A DNA stretch of 64,000 nucleotides, from assembly GCA_965200205.1 (NCBI GenBank), contig CBDAUI010000002.1, positions 520,520-584,519 of the forward strand. The letters are read 5' to 3'. The notes beneath the pieces were generated by a model. That model was not told the origin of the DNA and made no database searches. It saw only the letters and a program-made list of their open reading frames with translations. This document shows positions 1-10,314 of this stretch, in pieces (position 1 is the first letter of the stretch; the number at the start of each line of letters is the position of its first letter). A program made the position numbers and the translations under genes. Source of the DNA: Candidatus Poribacteria bacterium (GTDB taxonomy: Bacteria > Poribacteria > WGA-4E > WGA-3G).

Positions 1-813
1 ATTCAGACCTATATTGACGCGATAGACCGTGTCGCTGCGAGCAACCCGAAATATAAGCCCGGAGGCTACCTCGGTATGCAGAACATCGTCGAACGCGATC
101 CGGTGTTCGCGGGGCTTATTGACCATGAACGCCATGTCGGTTATGCTTATGACTTGTTCGGTGAGCTCCTGAAGCTCCACATAAGCCAGTTTTTCCTGCG
201 TCCACCCGGTGGTAAGCAGTATAATCAGTGGCACCCGGATGGGGCGCGTGCCCTCCCTTATGGTGTGTTTTCGCCGAAGTTACCGTTGCAAATCAAGGTC
301 GGCTATTGGCTGACAGATTTACCGAGAGAGAAGATGGGGAACCTCGTCGTCTTACCTGGGAGCCATCGTGAGCAATACATGGACGGCTATGATACACACG
401 AGAGCATACCGGGTGAAATGGTCGTCTGTCCGCGTAAAGGTACGATGACGGTGATGCATTCGAGCATCTGGCATCGCGTGGAACCGAACGAGAGCGATAT
501 GGTGCGTTATAATATCTTTGTTGCCTACTGCCCGTCGTGGGTCACACCTGCTGACCGTTTCCATTCGAGTCCTGAGTGGTTAGAGACGCTTAACCGCGAA
601 CAGCGTATTATCATGCGGAGTTACAGCAATGCGTATCACAACGCCAAACCGCCAGCGTCAGATTTTCCGCTCTTCCTCGAACGCGACACCGAGATTGAAG
701 CAGACGAAGGTGCGTATCAGGCGCACGTCCACTTACATCGTCGTAAACGTATGACAATGCCTGAGAGGCTCAATCTTTTCGCGGAAAGCAATCAAAGGCA
801 AAACGTTATTTAA
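1..813 (+). CDS. Phytanoyl-CoA dioxygenase (PhyH) family 2OG-Fe(II) oxygenase, 5'-truncated by the window edge
   Basis: Frame is open from base 1 (IQTYIDAIDR...). Contains the HxD motif WHPDG, PGSH, and a distal His in WHRV. Confidence 0.85.
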   Translation: MQTYIDAIDRVAASNPKYKPGGYLGMQNIVERDPVFAGLIDHERHVGYAYDLFGELLKLHISQFFLRPPGGKQYNQWHPDGARALPYGVFSPKLPLQIKVGYWLTDLPREKMGNLVVLPGSHREQYMDGYDTHESIPGEMVVCPRKGTMTVMHSSIWHRVEPNESDMVRYNIFVAYCPSWVTPADRFHSSPEWLETLNREQRIIMRSYSNAYHNAKPPASDFPLFLERDTEIEADEGAYQAHVHLHRRKRMTMPERLNLFAESNQRQNVI

Positions 814-821
814 GGGTTGAT

Positions 822-1115
822 GTGAACAAATTTAATAAACTGCTGAGGTTGATGGCACACGCTTCCAGCTTGATGCTAATCTTAGTAGAATTTATATGTG
901 GTGTCTGGATCTGCCTGATTCCGATAGGATTTTTCATCTATTTCAATCTCACGGCTTGGCGGACAACAGATGCGACCCTCCCCACTATAGAACGTTTGAA
1001 TCAGACGCTCCATGCAACGTTTTGGGAAAACATTGTCGTGTTGGTGTTAATGATCGCGGTGCGGAATTTCATGTATTCGGCAGTCAAACATTCACGCGAA
1101 ACCGAATCGGAATGA
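822..1115 (+). CDS. Small hypothetical membrane protein
   Basis: GTG start after GAGGG, two hydrophobic segments, fills the gap in a co-oriented run. Confidence 0.6.
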   Translation: MNKFNKLLRLMAHASSLMLILVEFICGVWICLIPIGFFIYFNLTAWRTTDATLPTIERLNQTLHATFWENIVVLVLMIAVRNFMYSAVKHSRETESE

Positions 1116-1163
1116 TATACAGAGCTTGACCAGATGGATACCTTGCGAAGGGTGAACTGAAAA

Positions 1164-2294
1164 ATGAAAACCTTATTCCTTAAAGACATGCGCTATCGCC
1201 AGGCACGAGTTGTGCTAACAGCACTCGGTATCACCGTGCTAATCTCGTTGATTCTGCTGTTAGGCGGCATCATGAACGGTATGCGCATCCAAGCACGGCA
1301 ATATATTGAATCGACCGGTGCGGATGTCTGGATCTCTGCGGAAGGTTCCGGGGGGGCATTCATCGGATTTTCGATGGTTGTTGAGGAATATATGGCGTTT
1401 CTGAATTCAGCACAAGGGTTGACACCTGATTCAGCGTCCCCGTTGGTTTTTGCTCAAGCGCGTCCAACTGTCCGTGGGAAGTCTACCAAGGCAATCGTCG
1501 TTGGATATAAATTGGGAAAACTCGGTGGACCTAAGCACACCATTGAAGGCAGGATGTTTACGCCGAGCAACTTTGAGGACTATAGACCCGAGGACCCGGT
1601 CCCTTACGAGGTCGTTATTGATGAAAAGATGGGATTGGAAATCGGGGAACAGATTACCTTGGGGAATGAGAAAGTCAAGGTCGTTGGCAAGGCAGAGAGT
1701 CGAATGTTTGTTTTGGATACACCACTCCTGTTTATGGATGTCCGCATCGCTCAGAAAATTCTGTTTGGCAATACGCCACACGTTAATATGATGATCGCAA
1801 AAGCTGGTGTGAACCAACAACCTGTACAGGTCGCTACCGGTTTAGATAGTTTGGAAACGATTGAAGCACGTACCTTAAAACAGACACTTGACGACATCAT
1901 TGCCTATTACGTTGACGAACCGATGAAGGCGGTGCAATTCTTACGGGTGATGCTCTGGGTGGCTGCAGGTATCCTCGTTGGGATGATTACTTATGTGACG
2001 ATGCTTGAAAAGACGCAGGAGATCGGGGTCTTAAAAGCCGTCGGTGCTTCGGATTACTATGTGATGGGATTGCTCTTGAAACAGGTTGTTTTAATCTCTG
2101 CTGTCGGTGTAGTGCTTGGTCTGATACTGTCTTATGTGTTTGCTGTAGCGGCACCGATCTTCGTTGCGATTAATTTCATTGAATCCATCATCGTTGCGTG
2201 TATCAGTTTTATTGTGTGTTGCGGTAGCGGGTATTTGGCAGCACGGAAGGCAATTGAAGTCGATCCAATGATCGCTTTCCGAGGAGAAATATAG
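1164..2294 (+). CDS. ABC transporter permease, MacB/FtsX-like
   Basis: N-terminal TM helix, periplasmic domain, EIGVLKAVGA motif, three C-terminal TMs and DPMIAFR end. Confidence 0.9.
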   Translation: MKTLFLKDMRYRQARVVLTALGITVLISLILLLGGIMNGMRIQARQYIESTGADVWISAEGSGGAFIGFSMVVEEYMAFLNSAQGLTPDSASPLVFAQARPTVRGKSTKAIVVGYKLGKLGGPKHTIEGRMFTPSNFEDYRPEDPVPYEVVIDEKMGLEIGEQITLGNEKVKVVGKAESRMFVLDTPLLFMDVRIAQKILFGNTPHVNMMIAKAGVNQQPVQVATGLDSLETIEARTLKQTLDDIIAYYVDEPMKAVQFLRVMLWVAAGILVGMITYVTMLEKTQEIGVLKAVGASDYYVMGLLLKQVVLISAVGVVLGLILSYVFAVAAPIFVAINFIESIIVACISFIVCCGSGYLAARKAIEVDPMIAFRGEI

Positions 2295-2969
2295 ATGGCA
2301 GCAGTCGTAGAGGGAACCGGTTTAACGAAACGATTTGGGGCAGGCGATGCAGCCGTCGTTGCTGTTGACGCTGTCGATATCCGAATCGAAGCGGGTGAAC
2401 TGGTCATGATTATGGGGGACAGTGGGTGTGGGAAAACAACACTGATTAGTCTTCTGGGTTGTATTTTAACGCCGGATGCCGGGGAACTCCGAATTGACGG
2501 TGAACCGATTGATTTGGTGAATGAAGATTTGAGCGTAATTCGTCATGAAAAGATTGGGTTTGTTTTTCAGTTGTTTCACCTTTTGCCTTACCTCACCGCG
2601 CTTGAAAACGTGATGGTTGCTATGGATATAGCAGGAACGAAGACGCTTGAAGCCGAAAACCGTGCGACAGAACTCCTTGCACAGGTAGGTTTAAGTGACC
2701 GTCTTCATCACCGTCCCGCCCAACTGTCCGGTGGCGAAAAACAGCGCGTCTCTTTTGCGCGTGCTCTCGCGAATCGTCCTAAGATCATCTTTGCCGATGA
2801 GCCGACGGCTAACCTTGATAGTCGTCAGAGCGACAACTTGATGAACTTGATCCAAGAACTCCGTCAGGAACACCAAACCACTATCGCCATTGTAACGCAC
2901 CACGAGGGGTTACAAGCGAATGCCGATCGCGTCATCCAGATGAAAGATGGGAGAATCGTTACGGCATGA
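2295..2969 (+). CDS. ABC transporter ATP-binding protein (LolD/MacB-like)
   Basis: Walker [10 protein letters not shown], signature [21 protein letters not shown]. Confidence 0.95.
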   Translation: MAAVVEGTGLTKRFGAGDAAVVAVDAVDIRIEAGELVMIMGDSGCGKTTLISLLGCILTPDAGELRIDGEPIDLVNEDLSVIRHEKIGFVFQLFHLLPYLTALENVMVAMDIAGTKTLEAENRATELLAQVGLSDRLHHRPAQLSGGEKQRVSFARALANRPKIIFADEPTANLDSRQSDNLMNLIQELRQEHQTTIAIVTHHEGLQANADRVIQMKDGRIVTA

Positions 2970-4453
2970 ATAGTCTCAACCTTTTTTTTCGTTATAGGCG
3001 TGGCAGCTTTGCTGCAACAATTAGCGTTCTCATTTTGTCCTTCATCTTGCCGCCACTTACGACTGCCGAAGACAGAGCCTTAAGCGCAATAGAACAGCCG
3101 GGGTTCCTGACAAGCGGGTTGTACGGTGGTGGTTTAACCTTCATTGGTACATCTCCTTACATTCAACTTCAGGCACAGCCGGATATTCCACTCGGAAAAT
3201 TCAATATTGGATTAGACCTTGTTCTCCTCTATAATCCTTACGCAACGGATGCCGACTCTCAATTTCTCGCCGAAGACGGCGAATCGTGGGATAGTCCGAG
3301 TACGTGGCTAAGGCTTATCCGCTATGTGAGTTACGGGGAGTTTTATGATCCTTTCTATTTTCGTTTTGGGGAGCTGGATTATTTGACGATCGGACACGGC
3401 TCGATTATGTCCGGTTATTCTAACTATGACCGGCGCGGATTAAGTCTCAACTTTAGGAGAGTCAACAATCGGACGGGTGTCGAAACGATGCTTAATGACT
3501 TCGGTAATCCTACAATTTTCGGTGGACGTGTGTTTCATCGACCTTTGCTGCGTTCGGAACCGGAAAATAACAATTTCTTCACACGACTTGAAATCGGAGC
3601 TACTTATCTTGCCGACATCAACCCGAATTTGCAGGAAGAAGGCGAAGACCCGTTAACTGCCTTGGGTGTGGATGTAGGATTCCCAATTATTGAGAGAAGC
3701 ACGTTTCGGCTTGACTTATATAATGATTTTGCCCTGCTTCATACTTTAGTGGATACTGACGAAGTTATGCCTGAAGAACCGTTAGCACTTGAGCCGGTTA
3801 CGCCTACATCTGTGACACGGTTAGAGAGCGAACCCATTGGCGGAGATACCGCAACGGAAGATGCGATGGGGTTTGTATCGGGCAACGCTATTGGGATCGG
3901 TTTTGCTTTACCAAAAGCTATCTTCAAAATCGAATACCGTATCTTGGGAGACGGATATATTCCCTCTATCTTTGATTATACATACCACAGTAGGGGCTGG
4001 GTTACCCAACCCCTACAGCCGGACCCGGATGCGCCTGAATTTTTAGGACTCGAAACAGACGTAGAAGAGAGACGCGGTTTTTATACGCAACTCTTTTTAC
4101 GTCCCTCACGAAACATACAATTCTTAGGCACGTTTGAGGATTATAATATTAGCAATCCGAAACTCTATATGGCGGTCGCGGCATCTGAGTTAATCCCACG
4201 TTTCGGGTTTCGGGCACTCTATACGAAACGTGATATTGGGGAGGCAGAGGATAGAAACTTCTTTGTAGATCTGTTCAACTTAAATGAAAAGTCGGCGTTT
4301 GTTGTAGAAGTTAGTTATGAAGTCTTTCCGCCAGTTGTAACAATTGTCACCCGTGAGTATAGATTCCGCCGTGTAGAGACAGCGGAAGGGATCAGCCAGT
4401 TTGAACCGATTCATAAAACCTCGTTTATGGTAGGTGTGCGTGCAGATTTTTAG
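2966..4453 (+). CDS. Exported, probable outer-membrane beta-barrel protein
   Basis: Signal peptide, aromatic-rich amphipathic strands, C-terminal Phe (VRADF). ATGA overlap with the ABC ATPase. Confidence 0.6.
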   Translation: MNSLNLFFRYRRGSFAATISVLILSFILPPLTTAEDRALSAIEQPGFLTSGLYGGGLTFIGTSPYIQLQAQPDIPLGKFNIGLDLVLLYNPYATDADSQFLAEDGESWDSPSTWLRLIRYVSYGEFYDPFYFRFGELDYLTIGHGSIMSGYSNYDRRGLSLNFRRVNNRTGVETMLNDFGNPTIFGGRVFHRPLLRSEPENNNFFTRLEIGATYLADINPNLQEEGEDPLTALGVDVGFPIIERSTFRLDLYNDFALLHTLVDTDEVMPEEPLALEPVTPTSVTRLESEPIGGDTATEDAMGFVSGNAIGIGFALPKAIFKIEYRILGDGYIPSIFDYTYHSRGWVTQPLQPDPDAPEFLGLETDVEERRGFYTQLFLRPSRNIQFLGTFEDYNISNPKLYMAVAASELIPRFGFRALYTKRDIGEAEDRNFFVDLFNLNEKSAFVVEVSYEVFPPVVTIVTREYRFRRVETAEGISQFEPIHKTSFMVGVRADF

Positions 4454-4479
4454 TGCTACCTCCAGCAAAGCGGAAGGCA

Positions 4480-5946
4480 TCAATCCATCTCACGTGCTAT
4501 CTCCTCGGCAACAAATTTGTTAAGGATCCTATCTCTTACATTAACTGAAATAACCTTACCTTCTCGATCCAGCAGAAACATTCTCCAAGTACTATGAACA
4601 CCATACTGTTGTGCCAAGGGACCCTCATATCGCTTGCCATCAAAAATCTGTCGCCACGGCAACGGATTTTCCGCAATAAATTCGCGCAACACCGTCTCAT
4701 CTACGTCAAGATTTATCCCAATAATGTCAAAGCCTTTGTGGTGATACTGCGCGTATACAGTTTCGAGTGTCTGTATCTTATCGGTATACTCCGTCGTCCA
4801 GAAGTCAAGCAAAACAACTTTACCACGGTAGTCGGCGAGTGAAATCGGTTTGCCATCCAAATCAACAGCAGACGAGAAATCCGGCAGGATTTTACCGACC
4901 CATGCCAGAGTGGGATCGGCGTTCACCCGATATGCGTGTGCAAGTTCGGAGTTGCCTAACTTTTCGTGGACATCAGCTAAGCCTCTCCACGCATTTCGGT
5001 CATCTGGATCCTGCTTTAACCGATCTTTCAACACTAACTGTAACCTCTGAAAAACGGCTTGAACTTCCGCGGTATTCCCTAAGACCTCATGAATTTCAAC
5101 GAGCATCTTTGTGTTATTCCAATCGTCGGGTGTCAGTTTTAACTGTTCTTCAAAAACGTGTTGAATCTTTCCGAGTACGGCAGTCCATCGTTCCCTGAGC
5201 GGGTGGTCGTCCTCAAGCCGCTGATAAAAATCGTTAGGTGTTGATGTTACATACTCGTAATCATAACAAAACCGGTATACCCATTGTGATAGAGCAGGCT
5301 TCCCATTTTCCTGCACGTTCCGTTGGTAGGGAGATGTCGCAGTAGGGATTTGGTGTGCTTGATGCCGCTCAAAGAGTCTTTCGAGTGCAGTAACGGCTTC
5401 TTCGTGGAGATAATCGAAGCCAGCCTTTTCAAAAGCCAAGTAGCAGACTTCAACGTCGTTTGGCAGCAGGACCATCGCCTTTTCGACAACATCCCAGAAA
5501 CCATCACGTGCTGGTGCCCACGGGATTTCGGCGAGTACTATAGCCGCAAATTTTGCGGCTGCTCCATTGTCGGGGTTGCTTTCCAAGACCCCTCGGGCAT
5601 GCTTATACAGGTCTTCACGCAACGCCTCAGAAAAACTCCAGATGAACTCGTACCAAACAAGGTTAGGTGGGAGTGACGTTTCTCCATTAACAACGCCTGC
5701 ATCAATTCTTGCCTTAAAATAGACAGCCAAAGCTGCTTGAAACTCAGGCATGCTCGCCCAGTAAGTTTGCAATTTGCTCCTGTCATTGTGGTGCAAATCC
5801 GAGAACACATCCCAGACCTCTCCGGTATCGCTTTTCATCATTTTATTTTCGGATTTTTGCGGTTCGCAAAACGATTTGTTCAAAAGAACCGGACATAAGC
5901 AGAACACAATACCTAAAAGGATTATGTGTGCACAATTGGATTTCAC
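4480..5946 (-). CDS. Exported TPR-like protein with a C-terminal TlpA/redoxin domain lacking CxxC
   Basis: Signal peptide, TPR-like helices (AWRGLADVHEKLG), and DLDGKPISLADYRGKVVLLDFW followed by TTEYTDK in place of ATWCxxC. Confidence 0.8.
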   Translation of the reverse strand: MKSNCAHIILLGIVFCLCPVLLNKSFCEPQKSENKMMKSDTGEVWDVFSDLHHNDRSKLQTYWASMPEFQAALAVYFKARIDAGVVNGETSLPPNLVWYEFIWSFSEALREDLYKHARGVLESNPDNGAAAKFAAIVLAEIPWAPARDGFWDVVEKAMVLLPNDVEVCYLAFEKAGFDYLHEEAVTALERLFERHQAHQIPTATSPYQRNVQENGKPALSQWVYRFCYDYEYVTSTPNDFYQRLEDDHPLRERWTAVLGKIQHVFEEQLKLTPDDWNNTKMLVEIHEVLGNTAEVQAVFQRLQLVLKDRLKQDPDDRNAWRGLADVHEKLGNSELAHAYRVNADPTLAWVGKILPDFSSAVDLDGKPISLADYRGKVVLLDFWTTEYTDKIQTLETVYAQYHHKGFDIIGINLDVDETVLREFIAENPLPWRQIFDGKRYEGPLAQQYGVHSTWRMFLLDREGKVISVNVRDRILNKFVAEEIAREMD

Positions 5947-6254
5947 GGTTCTACCTCAACTTTGATCTCCTCGTCCTCAACAATCAACGGATAGGTCCTG
6001 ATGCGTAGCCGTGGATCGGTTTGGCAGTCCCCCGTTTTCGTATCGTAGGCGTAGCCGTGGACTGGACACACTGCGATACCGTTCCGTATCCTGCCTCTGC
6101 CGAGTGAACCCATGGCGTGTGGACAGGTATTGTCCACAGCACAGAATGTGCCGTTCTCATTGAAGATAGCGATCCGCCTTCCGTTGACAGTGAATGCTTT
6201 TCCGCGACCTTCTCGTATCGCTGACGTTTTCGTGACCGTTGTATAATTAGACAT
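5943..6254 (-). CDS. Rieske [2Fe-2S] ferredoxin (NirD-like small subunit)
   Basis: CPH...CPVHG ligand motifs. Confidence 0.9.
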   Translation of the reverse strand: MSNYTTVTKTSAIREGRGKAFTVNGRRIAIFNENGTFCAVDNTCPHAMGSLGRGRIRNGIAVCPVHGYAYDTKTGDCQTDPRLRIRTYPLIVEDEEIKVEVEP

Positions 6255-6257
6255 TTT

Positions 6258-7988
6258 TCACTCCTTGACGCCTCCTAAAGTAATCCCTTGTACAAACTCA
6301 CGTTGCATCGCGAGAAACAGAATCACAATCGGCATCAGCGATAGCAGTGTGCCTGCCATCAGCATGCCGTAGTCTTGACGGTAGATGCCGACGAGATTCG
6401 CTAATCCGATCGGCAGCGTATATTTCGCCTCATCCCGTAAAATGATGAGGGGCCAGAGATAGCCGTTCCACGAACCCAAAAAAGAATAGATTGTCAACGC
6501 CCCCAGCGCCGGTTTAATAATAGGCAGCACAATCCGGTAATAGATACCGAACTCGGAACAACCGTCAATACGAGCGGCATCAAGCAGCTCCGACGGAATC
6601 GTCACAATGAATTGACGCATCAGAAATACGCCAAATGCGCCGACCGAAAATGGGATGACAATCGCTTTGTAACTATTGAGCCACCCGATATCGTACATCA
6701 GCCCAAATAGTGGGACCAACAGCACCTGAAAAGGCACCATCATCGAAGCGAGGAGTATGCCGAAGAGTACCTTCTGTCCACGGAACCGATATTTCGCAAA
6801 TGCATAACCGCCGAGCGAGCAGAAAAACAGCGTGAGCAACGTTGACGCAGTGGCGATAAAGACACTGTTGATAAAGTAACGATTGTATGGGACTGTCTTC
6901 CACAGGTTCCGGTAATTAGCGGTCAATTTATCCCATACAATTGACAGATAAGGCGGTTGATGTATCGATAATTGCAGTAACAGTTGATTTCCATTTTGTG
7001 TGTCTGATGTAGATTCGACTGCAGTATCTGTTTCCACTTGGTGCATCGTAATGTGTGAAGATTCCAATTCACCGGGAATTCCGTGCAATCGCCAGACAGC
7101 ATCTTTCCATAATGCGTTCTCTAAGACAAAAGGTCGTGTCGGTTGGTACGTAATGCCACTATGGGTGTCGTTGCCAATCTCTGCCATTTGAAGGATGGAT
7201 ACGTTTAAAGAGAGTCGGTGATAGGAAGCATCGCCGCGGATAGGTAGCGTAATCCGTCGAATCCGATCAATCGGAATAGGTGTCGGAATTGTGGCGGTTA
7301 TGTAGCGGGTATTGCTGCCGCGGAAATCGTAGGACAGACTCGCAACGGTCTGTATATCCGTAGATGGACGAATGCGCGCTCCTGTATCCGATGTGACCTT
7401 CCACGGTACGTCTTCAATTGGTGTACGGTTGAAATCGAGGTCTTCAATCTGCAGCGTTCCAATTGCAACTTCTCGATACACCGAACTCCAGATGGTATCG
7501 ACCATCTCTGGAATGACAGCGTTTTGTACTTGATTAACGATAGATGCCGTTGTTTCACGCCATATTTCCTCTGGTAAACTTGCTGCTAATTGTTGCCACA
7601 ATCCCTCTATTATTTCCGCCTGTAATTCTTCGGAGGAGACATAATTGGAAAGTTGTGCGTTTGCTGCGATGTGTGCTTCCGCTTTCGTCCAGATTGCCTG
7701 CGTGAGTTCAGGTTGTAGTGCTGTCCACACCGTTTCATCTACCGTTGCAGGCTTTTCAATTTTCGGGTATGCATCTTTGACAACATAAGGTGACGCTGTG
7801 ACGCGCGGTGGAAGACTCGGAAGCCAGCGAATCGGGACAGCGAAAATCTCGTTCGCGGTTTTAAAAGAGGAAGTCAACAACCACAACAGAGGTATCATTG
7901 TACAGAAGGCTGCGGCGACTAAGAGAAGGTACCCGGTACTTCTAAAGATTTTTGTTTTAACAGGTTGGCCTTTACGACTCTGATTCAT
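6258..7988 (-). CDS. Carbohydrate ABC transporter permease (MalG-like) with a large extracytoplasmic insertion
   Basis: EAA loop ELLDAARIDG and FVQGITLGGVK C-terminus. About 300 aa soluble insert after TM1. Confidence 0.85.
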   Translation of the reverse strand: MNQSRKGQPVKTKIFRSTGYLLLVAAAFCTMIPLLWLLTSSFKTANEIFAVPIRWLPSLPPRVTASPYVVKDAYPKIEKPATVDETVWTALQPELTQAIWTKAEAHIAANAQLSNYVSSEELQAEIIEGLWQQLAASLPEEIWRETTASIVNQVQNAVIPEMVDTIWSSVYREVAIGTLQIEDLDFNRTPIEDVPWKVTSDTGARIRPSTDIQTVASLSYDFRGSNTRYITATIPTPIPIDRIRRITLPIRGDASYHRLSLNVSILQMAEIGNDTHSGITYQPTRPFVLENALWKDAVWRLHGIPGELESSHITMHQVETDTAVESTSDTQNGNQLLLQLSIHQPPYLSIVWDKLTANYRNLWKTVPYNRYFINSVFIATASTLLTLFFCSLGGYAFAKYRFRGQKVLFGILLASMMVPFQVLLVPLFGLMYDIGWLNSYKAIVIPFSVGAFGVFLMRQFIVTIPSELLDAARIDGCSEFGIYYRIVLPIIKPALGALTIYSFLGSWNGYLWPLIILRDEAKYTLPIGLANLVGIYRQDYGMLMAGTLLSLMPIVILFLAMQREFVQGITLGGVKE

Positions 7989-7990
7989 TG

Positions 7991-8863
7991 CTATAATCCT
8001 AATTCAGACAATTCCACTGCGCGTGCGCGTTGGATGTCATCCTGATATTTGAAGACACATCCGAGGGTTTCAGCGACGACATCCGCATCGAGTTGCCCCT
8101 TACCGAGCGCGATGAGTGCCAGTGCCCAATCCAACGTTTCTGCGACTCCCGGTTTCTTATAGTAGTCGCCTTGCCGCCAGAGCTGCATAATCTGACATAA
8201 CTGCTGTGCGAGGTGTTCATCAATCTGCGGCAATTTCGTTTGAACGATTGCCAACTCCTTTTCGATCGTCGGGTAATCGATCCACTGATAGAGACAACGC
8301 CGTTTAAGTGCTTCATGTACTTCTCGTGTTCGGTTGGAGGTCAGCACGACATACGGGATATGTTTCGCTCGGATTGTGCCGATTTCAGGGATGGTAATCT
8401 GGAAATCGGATAAAATTTCGAGCAGAAACGCCTCGAATTCGCTATCGCTACGGTCAACCTCGTCAATGAGTAAAACGGGCGGCACATCACCGTCGCTCTG
8501 GATAGCTTCTAATAACGGACGTTTCAGTAGGAATGTCTCACTAAAGAGGTCCGTGCCGATGTCTTCTTTATCGCGTCCACGCGCCTCATCAATACGGAGT
8601 TGCAAGATTTGACGTGTGTAGTTCCACTCATAGAGTGCGCTGTTTGCATCCAACCCTTCATAGCACTGTAACCGGATGAGTTTCGCGCCTGTGGCATCCG
8701 CGAGCACTTTAGCAACTTCAGTTTTTCCGACACCGGGTTCACCTTCAAGGAAGATCGGTTTTTTGAGGTGATGTGCAAGATAGAGGGTTGTCGCTAACCC
8801 TTTATCTGCGATATACGTGTGCTTTTCACATACAGATTGAACATTTTCAATAGATTTGAACAT
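7991..8863 (-). CDS. MoxR-family AAA+ ATPase (CoxD-like)
   Basis: LEGEPGVGKT, IRLQCYEGLD, LLIDEVD, ALKRRC. Confidence 0.9.
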   Translation of the reverse strand: MFKSIENVQSVCEKHTYIADKGLATTLYLAHHLKKPIFLEGEPGVGKTEVAKVLADATGAKLIRLQCYEGLDANSALYEWNYTRQILQLRIDEARGRDKEDIGTDLFSETFLLKRPLLEAIQSDGDVPPVLLIDEVDRSDSEFEAFLLEILSDFQITIPEIGTIRAKHIPYVVLTSNRTREVHEALKRRCLYQWIDYPTIEKELAIVQTKLPQIDEHLAQQLCQIMQLWRQGDYYKKPGVAETLDWALALIALGKGQLDADVVAETLGCVFKYQDDIQRARAVELSELGL

Positions 8864-9017
8864 TTTAAATAATTGGCCTTTGCTTCAAAGAAACACCCAA
8901 TCAAAAACCCCTCCACTTCGTTTCGGGCAGGTTTCCGATCCGTTCCAACGCATTAGAAGTTTGTATGTAAGGTTAAAAAACTGCCATACGCTGCGCTCAC
9001 ATTTTGAGTCGTTGATA

Positions 9018-9689
9018 TTATTCAAACAAGTTTTCCACGTGACAGGTAAACCCTGGCACAACATCTTCACCTGTTAATGTGGCTTCGCGTGTAAGGGTCT
9101 CAATGTTGTTTTCGGAACGATACACTGTCACCGCTTTGGCGACAGGATCAAGTACCCAGACGAGGCGGGTCCCTGCCTCCAGATAATCCAACGCCTTCCG
9201 GGTAACACGCAAATGGGCATCTGTCGGAGAGACCACTTCAATCGCCAGATCGGGCGGTATCGGGAACGTCTTATCTTCGTCAACATCCAAGTGATCGGTT
9301 AAAACGAAAGCTACATCCGGCTTCATCATGCGGTCGCCAACCTGAAATATCGTTTCTGCGGTGTACAATTCCCCCAACCCGTTTTCGTAGACATGTGAGG
9401 ACAGATGCCATATAACCTTTGCACTGATCTTACCGTGTCTTCTCGTCGCTGGTGACATCGGTATTAATTCTCCTTTCGCGTATTCATATCCGGGGACATC
9501 GTTCTCAAGAAATTCTTCCGGTGTCATCGTCGTCGGAATCGGCAGTTGCCTTTCTGGTGGTGACTTCAGGACTAATTTGCCCTCAATAAATTCATATCCG
9601 GGGACATCGTTCTCAAGAAATTCTTCCAACGTCAGGGGGGGCGGTATTGATTCGGGAATTTCTGGTGCGTCTTTGCGAGGCTCTTTCAT
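9018..9689 (-). CDS. Uma2-family (DUF820) endonuclease with a duplicated N-terminal segment
   Basis: KPDVAF...PDLAIEVVSP and Y..AG...VWVLDP motifs. EEFLENDVPGYE occurs twice. Confidence 0.9.
   Translation of the reverse strand: MKEPRKDAPEIPESIPPPLTLEEFLENDVPGYEFIEGKLVLKSPPERQLPIPTTMTPEEFLENDVPGYEYAKGELIPMSPATRRHGKISAKVIWHLSSHVYENGLGELYTAETIFQVGDRMMKPDVAFVLTDHLDVDEDKTFPIPPDLAIEVVSPTDAHLRVTRKALDYLEAGTRLVWVLDPVAKAVTVYRSENNIETLTREATLTGEDVVPGFTCHVENLFE
9482..9627. repeat. Perfect 38-bp direct repeat (9482-9519 and 9590-9627) within the Uma2 gene
   Basis: attcatatccggggacatcgttctcaagaaattcttcc occurs twice with a 108-bp in-frame period. Confidence 0.95.
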
Positions 9690-9690
9690 T

Positions 9691-10311
9691 TTATGTCTCC
9701 TTTAGCGCGCGTTCATAGTCTTCACGGTAATCAATATCCCTAAGCACTCGGTCTGTATCGACTGTAACGTAATGAATATCGTCACTATATTTTTTTAAGA
9801 GGGTCCGAACACCGTCGCTCTCAGTATCCAGAGCAAGTATATCCGATGCATATTTTTGATCGAAGATAACCGGATGACCGCGCTTGTAATTATAACTCGG
9901 TACGGCAATCCGTTTTTCTGTCTGCTGGTATGCCTCTATAACCTGATTGATTAGGTTGGGTGTAATGAACGGCTGATCCACGAGCATCAGTGCAAACGCG
10001 TCGCTCTCTTTGCATGCACGGATACCTGTCTGTGCGGAGGTCAACATACCTTCATGGTAATCCGGGTTAAAGACGGTTTTGAGTGGACGCGTGCCCAATT
10101 GCTTTTCAATTTCCGCTGCGCGGTGCCCGACGACAACGATGACCTCATCGAATTTGGCATCGAGCATATTGTCCACTGCGGTTTCAACAATAGTGTTATC
10201 CCCAAAAGGAAGAAGCTGCTTCGGTTCCCCCATCCGAGTGGAGAGTCCGGCTGCGAGGAGTATCCCCGATATGCTTTTTGGATATGCACTGGCAAGTGGC
10301 GTGCTACACAT
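9691..10311 (-). CDS. mocA: Molybdenum cofactor cytidylyltransferase MocA-like nucleotidyltransferase
   Basis: ILLAAGLSTRMG.PKQLL, LVDQP, GHPVIF, DID motifs. Confidence 0.75.
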   Translation of the reverse strand: MCSTPLASAYPKSISGILLAAGLSTRMGEPKQLLPFGDNTIVETAVDNMLDAKFDEVIVVVGHRAAEIEKQLGTRPLKTVFNPDYHEGMLTSAQTGIRACKESDAFALMLVDQPFITPNLINQVIEAYQQTEKRIAVPSYNYKRGHPVIFDQKYASDILALDTESDGVRTLLKKYSDDIHYVTVDTDRVLRDIDYREDYERALKET

Positions 10312-10314
10312 GGT

